Below are positions 53,327-64,000 of a stretch of 64,000 bases of DNA, in pieces. The stretch's first letter is position 1, and each line of letters begins with the position of its first letter. The notes beneath the pieces were generated by a model. That model did not search any database. It saw only the letters and a program-made list of their open reading frames with translations, and was not told where the DNA came from. Made by a program: the position numbers and the translations under genes. The stretch is from Lytechinus pictus (taxonomy: Eukaryota), in the NCBI RefSeq assembly GCF_037042905.1, contig NC_087245.1:21330001-21394000 (forward strand), read 5' to 3'.

Positions 53327-55121
53327 AATGAATAATGGAATAGAAAGTATCTAATGATCATTGATTGAAAATAGAATGGGAACTGGTTTAAAGACAAAAT
53401 AGGACAAGACGAGCCTATGCATAATGGAGATGATGCAAACAATGTAAATAGAAAAATCTTAAAGGATTATGCATACATGTAGTGAAACTTATTTTGCAAC
53501 TAATAGTCAATTTCAGCAAGGTGGAATTAAAAATGTATCAAAATACATTCACTCTAATCCTGACAAATTGAATAATTTGAATAATACATGATGTCTCGAG
53601 TTGAGAGACCGTGAAAGGGAGAATCAGGCATAAACGATTCCCATTCTTAGAAAATTTATTATGAAATGAGGTGGAAAGCAATAATCCAGACAGGAAATAC
53701 TAAATGAGAAAGGAAAAGAATTATAAAGAAGCTTATACATGCAAGAATTTCAGGCTTTTTGATTATGTTTAATTTCAAACTTCTAACTCTAATCTTTAAG
53801 AGTGAAAAATGGATAAATCAACAAAACACAATTTTACATCTAAGAAATCAATAGCACAAATATGATCTGGAAAGTGAAACCTTCTGTACATCCACACTAT
53901 TTAATGTTACCAGGTATTATCAGAAATGAAAGATATTATTTTGAAACAATTTGAAACTATGGCCGTTTATCAATACAATAACCTAAATGTATAATGTGAT
54001 TACTGCTTGATCAGAGGGTAATCTGAATATATTGAACAAGATTTGATCAATCTTATTTCTGACATCAATAAGGTAAAAAGGGTTTGGGCATCAGCAATCA
54101 AAACAATAATAATTAAAATGAAAATAATAGCAATATTACCATAATAACAACTATTATCCAGCTATGTCATTGGTAATTTCACAAACCGGCATAAATCGGT
54201 AAAATTGTCGGTCAATATTAAAAATTTAGCTTTTTGTATTATGCATGTCTTCAACTCTAATGACTTACCAAATTTCAAATAAGAATTAATATTAAGGAAA
54301 GGAGAGGAATATAATTTTTTTCAAATTGGATTATCCCCTCCTTTGATTTTACAAAGCCTCCTAAACCATTGTTTCTACACTACAGTAATTTCCTGAAGAT
54401 ATGCAGTTTAATAATGTGACCTAAACCCGTATTTTCATAAAAATAAATAGTTTCTAGAATGCCTACCTCCACTTCAATTTAGATATAGAAAAAAGTAAAT
54501 CTGAATTATGAACAAAATATTGCATATTATAAAAAGATGGAATTTATGCTTGGTAGGAATAATTACTCAGCTTCCTTTTAAACATAAAGTTATGGGTGTC
54601 TTAAAAACATCCAAACCTTGAACACGATTATCTGAAAATCGTGTCTTGGAGACCAGCCAAGGTTTAGGCTGGTTTGTAGAATCACCGACAATATGAGGTG
54701 CTATGCACTCGAGTATTATTATTACTACCCTGGTCAACTGATTCATTTAGTCTTGGCAACATATATATATATTTACATGCACATTTTCCATTCCCTGGGG
54801 AATAAATCAGTTAGTCGTTATAAAAAGGGAACTGACCACACCTTAGCATGCTCTAGCTCAACTTCGCAATCACCCAATAAAACTCTTGATGGAAAAAATG
54901 ACAGGAGACTACATGTGACTCAGACACGTGCAAGTAGTCTGTTGAACCCACTCATCACGCATCACAGAGTTAGTCTTGACATCATTATGCAAATTCTTTC
55001 AATTACATTGGTATTCATCTTCTAATATTGGTTTGCCAAGCTTGCTTTCAATGTCTCCGCTAATTGTCAGAAATTTACTCCGAATAAACAAAGTTTCATA
55101 GTCTCTTGTTGCTCTCTATCC

Positions 55122-55156
<35 letters not shown>

Positions 55157-55157
55157 T
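55122..55157. repeat. (CT)n(CA)n compound microsatellite
   Basis: Visible dinucleotide runs. Confidence 0.9.
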
Positions 55158-56416
55158 GATTTCCTAATTTCAACATTTTAATACTTTATCAGTAACTACA
55201 TGTATATATAGCCATATATTTCTTAGGCATGCAGTAGCCAGGTAATAGAAAGGTGATAAGAAAAGATGTAATGAAATCGGAAATTGTGTTTGTAGCATAA
55301 TTGGCGGAGAAATGATAAAGAAATGTAAAAAAGTAAATTACATTACTAACAGATTTTGTTTGTAGTTTTAAAGAAATACTGATGGAAGAAGAAGAGAAAG
55401 ATTCACATTTCAGAAAACATGGTGAAATATGGACGTTGTTTCATATCTTCATAAGATAATCTTCTATAATTGATTATGCATGCAGATGAGGATTAAAACC
55501 TGAATTAGCACTCTCATTGCTATCAAGGCCTTGTTTAATTCTTGAAGGGAATATTTACAACCTGAGAATATGTCCAAAATACCAGCTACCTAATATTTAT
55601 TTACTAGTCCCCTTTGGGGTCTGCACATGGGCAAACTTTACAAAAAATTGTTAATTTACTGCTGATAGACTGAAATTGATTGTGCTAAACATGGAGATAA
55701 GTTGCCCAAAATCAAAGCACAACAATGTAGTGAAAAAACCCCAGAAATATAACACAATAGAGTTATTAGAAGTACCACTACACATGTAAATTTCTTTAAC
55801 ACACTAGCAGCAAAAAATAATCATGAGTAATGCTTGAGTTGACTGTGTAATTTTCTTTTAATCCTGGATACGGGAAGAGGTAATGGCAATACAAGACTTG
55901 CCGCTATGTTAATCATGAGTGTACTGTCCCATTATATGGGGAGTCTGAATTCAGTCTCTGCGGCCCATCCCTCGCCATTAGATTGGATGTGATGATAATT
56001 AAACATTGTGGTCGGATTCAAGGATACCTGCATCAGAGCTTACCCTTCGTATACTGTCAGCCAATATTAGTGGATATAACAGAGGCGTAACCAGAATCAG
56101 ACATTACCATCGCCTCATGTTTCTAGCTAATGTTACTTTGCATGCATTCTTGACTGAACTGAAGGTGATCTACACATATTGCGCAGCTTGCATAGACCCT
56201 GGAATGACATTTGATCATACCCTCAACTCTTTCATTTTACTACCTGCTGGAAATACTGCATTATATTACATCTAAAAAGATAAAATGTGCCTCTATGTTA
56301 TTATCTTTTTTCTTCTTTAACAACCACCATTATGCCATCTTATTCCATGGATCATACAATTGTCTGTATGTCATTTAATGGTGACTTTCCACCTGAAATT
56401 ATAGAGGTAATATGTA

Positions 56417-57132
56417 CAGTCTGACCTCTCTTATCAGGACACGTTGGACCCAGCACCAATCCGGATAAGGGATCTATCCAGATCTGGGCGAACCAATATT
56501 AATAAATACATCTAGCTGCCTCCCCAATGGTACAAGTAATTTATTGTTAGTGGGCATACACAGACAGTATTGCACTGCAGTCAGTGCAAATTATAGGCGG
56601 TTCTTTTTACAATAATGTAATTGATTGGTTGCCAAAACTCGTGGATAATTTACCTGCTGAAATGATTGAGGAATACATCGAGCATACCTTGAAAGAAAGA
56701 GAATGACTCAATGAAGTTGAGTTTAAAAATTAGATCATCACAGCTTCGCAAAGTCAGCCATTGTTTATGTTGACTGTAGGCTCAAACATGATAGATTGCG
56801 CTTTCAAAATGTAAGACCAGGCCTGAGCGAGACGTGTTGATTTCTTTTTCCCAAAAAAATCCGCTGTGCATGTGCCCTGATTTACTGGAAAATTATCCTG
56901 TCTATTTTCTTTTGGTGATTTGGATAAGATATTTTCATAAAAAATAATGTGGTTGTAGACTATATTGGAAAATGCATATAATCAAAATCAGAGTTTGCGT
57001 AGGAATTTTGATTTTAGATTAAGAATTCACTTCCTTACGTACTAGATTGAAAAAAAAGACATCTCTGAAAGTGTGCATCCGGATAATAGAAAGATCCGGA
57101 TAAGGGGAGGCCAAATAAGAGAGGTCAGACTG
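56417..57132. mobile_element. pogo/Tigger-like MITE
   Basis: TA target duplication; TIR CAGTCTGACCTCTCTTAT / ATAAGAGAGGTCAGACTG; subterminal ATCCGGATAA repeats at both ends. Confidence 0.85.
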
Positions 57133-60100
57133 TACTTCAATCAATGCCAATTAAAATGTACTGATCTATGTATTTATAAAATTAAAGTGGATGAAGTATA
57201 CATTACTGCATCAAAAGTCTATGATCATGTTTAGGAGAGGGGGTACATCATCATTTTTACAGCAACGACTGCCACTACTGATTTAATTCGAGGTCATGGA
57301 TTGGTTGAGAAGGATTGGCCTCTGACAATAACCATGACAACCGCCAGAGAATGATTATTTATCAGTGCTGAAAATTTTCATGAAATATTCCACAGATCAG
57401 CTAACAAATTAATACACTAAAACTGCTAAACAAGTAAAATAAAATGAACCAAATATAATTTTAAAAGTCCATCAAATGAACCATCCTTAAAATAACCCCA
57501 TCACCCCCCCCCCCCCAATCAAAAATAAAGACTCTTTGAAAAAAATTAAATCTATATTTTCATGTGAATTTGTAATCTTTCAGAAGGAATTTTATTATAT
57601 CAATTGGTTAAAATTGTTAATTAGATTAAAGCTTTCACGCTGTAAGCCCCTAAATTTTAATAACACCAAAATTAGCGGATGCTCCTGCTACCCACGCACA
57701 CCTACATGTACCCATCCCTTCCTCTTTCAAGTTCCATCTCCATAAGCTGTGTATACATGTCTGAAACCCCATGAGTCAGATTTTCTTTTCCTATCCTAAC
57801 ACCCATGTCACCATAGCAGACACACTCATTATGAATGACGCCATATACCTGACACATACACACAAATGAACTCTTATAATCTCTCCTCACTGTATATATA
57901 TATATATAGTAATTACTCATCTAACACATCTTTTTTTTTGATACACCATTCAGTGCCATAAAATTTTAATAATTCCAACGGCATAAAGTTCCATGAATTC
58001 CAAAAGTTTCCTGCAGTAATCATGACCCATTCCGATTCGCATATTTTTTGTTGTTTAGCGCAAAATTTGGGATGACTGGCTTATCTCAAATTTCTTTGGT
58101 CTGTTAAAGCAATCAGTTCTTGTCATTTTTCCACCCCATTACTCTTTCACCTGGTTTTTAGCTTCGTACGCGAGCTGTCACAAAGCAGACTTTAAACGGA
58201 AATCATCCATGAAGGTAATTACAATCCTTGCTTGGAACAAGTAAGAGTATTCACACACTGGTCTAAGACATTTTCTTCTGCAAAACATTCAGAAAACACC
58301 CCTTGGAACTTTGAGAGAATAAAATAAGAGGAACCAGCATTTTATAGAATCGCCTTATACAGTCGGAAATCTTTTGTATGCTTTGGATAAAAAAATTCTT
58401 AATTTGTAATCTTCATTGAATGCACTAACCACTACAAACAGCATCTGGGTCTGGGATGATATATAGTGCACCTCTAAAATGACAACTACATTGTAGATAG
58501 AAAGTGCTAGATTTTTTGCATCTGCATCACTCCCAATTTTACTAATGAAAGTATTTTTTGTGATCATACATATATATTCCAAACTACTTTTCAAATGTTT
58601 CAGAAATATGTGTGATTAGACACACAATTCACCATCATAAACCTATCCCTAAAATAGTGTGAACAAAAACATAATTCTACAATCAATACTTATTTCTTGT
58701 GTAAATGCTTGGTGTTTACTTTTTGATGATCTTGATTCATGTGTAAATATTACCCTTAAACATATCATGTATAATCTGCAGATGGTTTTTCAAAGAACAA
58801 GCTCAATCTTTTCACATATTATAAATACAAAAAGCCCAAGAATTAGCAGTCAATAAAACAAAACAAAGCACTTGAGTGGTTTCTTTTCTCAAAATTAATT
58901 TAAAGGGTTATTCCGATCTATTGTTTTCATCATACATATGAATGACCTGGTTTTATTGCAAGTTCATGTTCAACCAGCTTTCGTAATGCAAATCAAATAC
59001 AAAAAGCAGCCATTGCAAAGATATCAGCAAAACAATCACAAGCACACACCATGAATACATACTCCCCTTTGTTGATTACAGCCTCATAACTCTAGGCTAT
59101 GGGTGTATCTCCAACAGAAGTGTCGTAATCATTGATTTTCTTTCCTTCATTGGCATAGCTCGTTATTGCCGAAGCAATATTATTGTTTATGTGTAGGAGT
59201 AACTGCACTTACGATTGTGCAATTAATCACGGTATATTCATCATCAACAGAAATGAGGCAGGGGTAAAATTCCATACAGAATTACTCAAATTAGAATAGT
59301 CTGTTGTAAAATGACGGCTTTTAAGCTTAAAATGGTTATTTCAAAAGTAAAACTTCATTAAACCTAAAGCTGATTGATTATTGGGTATTGTAGATTCACA
59401 TACATGTACTTCTACTATGTAACAGCAACAAATTATCTTTTTCTTTTCCTTTTTGCAGACTGCGCTGGATATCAAAATATATGGGGGAGGATTAAGCTTG
59501 ACAATCCCTTCATTACAATACATGAAATTCAAATTCATCGCCTTTCTCATTCCGAATGAAAATTACTGACGATATTTAGTTTCTCCATTCTAACCAATAA
59601 AAGTTTACAAAGATAACTTGTTACAATATTTAGTGCTGAATGCAAAATATCATTGTTTGCGAATAAAAAAGAGAATATGCAAGTTATTTGTCTTGTAATA
59701 TGTGCTGTTGTAAAATTAATGGAAGGGGAAAAAAAGATAGATTCAGGGCAGTCAAACTCCAACTCAAGTGATTTCTTAAACATAACATTCAGTGTCAGTG
59801 ATGTTTAAAAGAAATAAATACAGTATTCAGTTTAAGCAGAACAATGCATTATTGAATTTGTTTTAAGTATAGAAGAACATACCTCGTCCGTCGACATGTG
59901 GTAATCGGGATCAAACTGACTGACAGATGAATACGATCCACGGTCTCGCTTTGCCCATGTCATTGTGATGTACACAACCAGAATATTGTTTTGGAATGTC
60001 TCCTTATTCCAGCATAGATGTATCACTTTCCATATCTACTAGATTAGATGAATAATCCAGAACCTTACAGAGTCAAACTGATCCAAACGGCTTTAAAGCC

Positions 60101-62765
60101 TAAAGTATAGTTTTTGAAGAGCTTCCAGAAAACTCTGAGGAATCAGTGTTCAGAGTTATTTTCCAGCGAGTTCACAGGTGTCTGCAATTTGTGCATGTAT
60201 GCAAAGAGTTCTCTGGGCACTTTACTCAGAATGATGAACATGAAATAGTGCAGTTTGCAAAATTAATGGAACTTAAGTTCTGGATTGGTGTGATTACGTG
60301 CATCATTTACATGTAAGCCACAGTCTTTGTTTATGAGAAGATATACATATCAACTCAAATGCAAAACCTAATGATTTGCTTCAGTGGAAGATTAACAAAG
60401 ACATCAACAAGCAGCAGAGTAAAATTATAATAATTGTTTCTTTTTTTCAAAATCAATCCCTATTAAAAGAAATATATATATATCATGAGGCACCAAAAAA
60501 TGTTTTTTTTCTCAAAATTAAAAAATACACGCAAATTTCTTTAATAAAAAGAAACAAACATAAATTGCATAGGCAAAAACTTTGGAAGTAAATTCAAAAT
60601 GAATATCTATATACAATTGTAAAAGAAATCTGTTGCTTGCTTTTCTATAGTGTATATAACTTAAATGCATTCAATTGCACTTCTTTATCTCTCGATAAGA
60701 TGCACTTGTGTCATGAAAGCTTCTTTGGAGGATGTGCAATATAATTTACTAATGCCTTTTTTTCTTGAAAAGTATCTACTGGAATATGAGGCCTTCTACA
60801 TGTATATTCACTTCTTAGGTTCAGGTTAGTTCACTGCTGTCTGGGAGATGACATGTCACAGGTAGTGTGGTCAATATCCGTCATATGTTATTTCACTTTG
60901 AAATAATTAATCAAGCTGCAGACATGTCACGAGAGAGAGATGTTCTGCAAAATATGTTCATGTAAGGTAACCTCCTAAATGTAATCTCCATAAAATGAAA
61001 GTCTTTTCCACTAACGCTGTAGCACATTTCAAAATAAAAATGTAATATCTTCTGGAATGGTACAGTCAGAATAAAAGAGAAAAGAATGTTGCGCTTGAGT
61101 TCACCTTGTTGACAAGATCTCAAAAATGCCGGCAACGGTTACAAGGAATTTGTTGGAGGATGATGATGATAAATTACTAATGTCACAAGCAGTAGGTGTA
61201 CACCTGGGATTAGGAAATTATGTGTCTTTGAGCTGAAGACCCTGTTGCAAGACTGAGCCCACAATCGCATCAAATTATCTGTAGAAGATGTGAATGTATT
61301 CTTCATGCCAGAGCTGTTCGTAGGCAGTGTCACTCCATTCATTATACATGCACATGTCAGCTAGCACCAGTAGGCTTCCAATTCCCCTTGGGTTTTCCAA
61401 TGCGCAGGTATCGTCCTCTTGCGAGTGATTCGTGAGGAACCACGACGGGGTACTCCTATCTCATATGCCATGCCCATGAGGCACACTTGCCCCCCAATCT
61501 ACCACCTTTCCCCCGAAGAGGCGGTTCCCTCGTTCTGATACAGAATCTTGTGGACAGAAATTCCAAGCCAAAAACAACTTTCACACAGTGGAATTGGATA
61601 TCATTCCAAAAAGTGGCATCAGCAATATCTTCTTTTCTATGAATTTAATCATGTCAACAGCTTTCTCCCGATGATGGCACATAGCAATGGAGATCCAATG
61701 TGTGCACCAAGTTATCATCGATGCCCCATGTATGAGACAGACAGTATGCGTTCGAGTGTACGAGAGAGAGGGAGAGCATGAGAGGAACCGGCAGAAAATG
61801 AGAAAACGTGGGAGAAAGGGATAGAGAATTGAAAGGGTGGTGCATGAGTGTGTGTGTGTGTGTATTGTGTGTGTGTTGAATGCATACAGAATTACTGAGC
61901 ATCACATAGTGGAGGTAATGAGGAATTGCAGCGGCTGATAACGTGCATACTAAGTGGGTTTGTGGAGATGAATTGAGGCCTGTCTCACTGAGGCAGTACC
62001 ATTTCATACAATGGGGGTGTTGCAAAGAACAATGTGATTACATTTTATGCAAACAAAATGTTCTGGCTATATGCATCTCTAAATCTGAATATCTGATTTT
62101 GAAAGCTATTATATCCTGCATCAATTTTAAGAGACAATTAAATATACTTGAAAAAGAAATTTTCAAATATCTATATATTTCATCCTTGAAAGAATTGGGA
62201 CTTTAAATGAAATCATTAGGGCTTTAACATGCCTTTCAAACCACTTCAAATGATAATTAGTCAATAAGCTATTTTCGTGTAATTATAGAAATCAGACACC
62301 ATGACTTAATAAATGTGATATTTCAGAGATATATATTATTACAGATTTAAGTTTTGCAATTTAGTAGGTTCAGCATATTTCTGCATTTCAACTGTTGCAT
62401 GGCTTATGACAACTCTTTGTTTCAGAGTAGATAAAAGGTATTCAGAAAGAAGGTTTAGGCCCTATACATCTACACTCCATGTTTTAAGCAGATAGAAAAA
62501 TTATGTACACATACTTGTATTATTTTAGCAATTTTCTATGTAAGCGACTAGTGCTCAACCTAGAATTACTGTTTTCATCAGACATAAGAACTTGATCATG
62601 TTCAAAACATGACTTTATATCATAGCTCAGATGCATTTAAGGATTTTTTTTTCCAAATAAGACAATTTTTCCCCTTTTGAATCAGTTGATTTTCAGTGAC
62701 AAAAAACAGAAGACAAGATGGTTGTCACTTTGGGGTGGGGCCTTGTACCTTTTTGACAAAATACC

Positions 62766-63302
62766 ATCATCATCACATAATCATCATCATCATCATCATC
62801 ATCACATAATCATCATCATCATCATCATCATCATCACCATCACCATCACCATCATCATCACCACCATCATAATCATCATCATCACATAATCATCATCATC
62901 ATCATCATCATCACATAATCATCATCATCACATAATCATCATCACCATCATCATCACCACCATCATAATTTCCTTCAGCAAGAAACTCATCCACATTGTG
63001 CTGCACTCAACCCAGGTGAGGTGAATGGGTACCCGGTAGGAAGAAATTCCTTGAATGCTTGAGCGCCTAGGCAGCTCAGCTAAAGCCGGGGTAATAATAA
63101 TAGCAGGGCCCGCTGGTAGAACAGTTTTTGAAACTGAAGTGGCTACCCTGGGTAAATATACCTATATTATTATTATTATTATTATTATAATCATCATCAT
63201 CACATAATCATCATCACCATCATCACCATCACCATCATCATCGCCATCATCATCATCACCATCATCACCATCATCATCATCATCACCAACATCATCGTCG
63301 TC
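62766..63302. repeat. (ATC)n/(ACC)n microsatellite interrupted by a SINE
   Basis: Trinucleotide arrays at 62766-62967 and 63189-63302. Confidence 0.95.
62969..63188 (+). mobile_element. 5'-truncated copy of the same SINE with an (ATT)n tail
   Basis: tttccttcagcaaga...cattgtgctgcactcaacccaggtgagg...gcagggccc...aactgaagtggctacc is the reverse complement of ~5553-5727. Confidence 0.8.
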
Positions 63303-64000
63303 AACATTTTGTGAATACTTATTTCTTAATGGGTGAATCATTGGTAGCGTGCACCATAAACGCTCCATTTTCGTGTTAGGGAACATGCTGTATTATGCTT
63401 GTAGACATACGCCCAATGATTAGGTGTCACCCTTTTATGTGCCCCCCTAGTCTGCCTTCTCTATGAAATTAACCTTGCTATACACAGCAGATTCATGTAT
63501 GTGTTTACAAACTATCCTTCATGTTAATTTAATGGCCAATGAATTGGATCAAATTACATACCGAGAGTACCGGCAGAAAACGAAAGACCTCTAAACCGAA
63601 TGGGTACAGAAAAATGAAGGTGGACAGTTGGGGGGGGGGGCTGATACATCATAAACACACTGTTCTTCGATCTTGTTCATTGTGAGAGATTTAACTTTCT
63701 ACTAACTGTAGTAAGTATTTACACCATAAGAGGACAAGTGCAAAAGTCAGGATTTTGTGAAAAGAGTTCTGATCAAATTCTGATCAATCCATATATATTG
63801 AGATTCCTTAAAATAATATGGTAAAATGCTGACTCTTACAAGGCTCACAAAATAAGTCACCGAACATGGAACCTTGTATACTCTTCCAATTTCCACCTTT
63901 TCTCTTTTTCTTCTCTCAAGCTTTTAAATTACTCTTATCAAATTTTAGTTAGTAGTAATCATACGTATGTACATTTCCACTTGTAAGCGGATGAAGGAAC

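Noticed and set aside
61105..61342. CACNB first coding exon using donors at 61104 or 61203
   Set aside because: The first has an in-frame stop just upstream in phase 0; the second is phase 1 and incompatible with the phase-0 acceptor at 38289.

Overview
AT-rich eukaryotic (metazoan) genomic DNA, not prokaryotic. The repeat types and gene sequences suggest a marine invertebrate, probably a sea urchin (inference). Two spliced genes face each other tail-to-tail. (1) On the + strand is a complete UBE2F (NEDD8 E2) gene: 5 coding exons, 842-4668, 189 aa. (2) On the - strand is a voltage-gated calcium channel beta subunit gene (CACNB/CaVbeta; SH3-HOOK-GK): 10 coding exons, 38289-20392, 642 aa. Its N-terminal exon(s) could not be located, and it probably has a ~8.3 kb 3'UTR. 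The rest is intronic or intergenic, with non-autonomous DNA transposons (Tc1/mariner-, pogo-, Harbinger-, Kolobok-, piggyBac- and hAT-like), two copies of a tRNA-derived SINE, microsatellites and local duplications. The most striking unexplained signal is a ~1.48 kb intronic stretch (31251-32726) with only one AG dinucleotide on the CACNB sense strand. A branch-point motif and polypyrimidine tract sit at its far end, and it leads into a ladder of in-frame 3' splice sites on the HOOK exon. This suggests an extremely distant branch point that tunes HOOK length. The window also holds about 40 TACATGTA motifs that look like Tc1/mariner excision footprints, including an empty-site/footprint pair. 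Nearly all ORFs in the supplied track are spurious.
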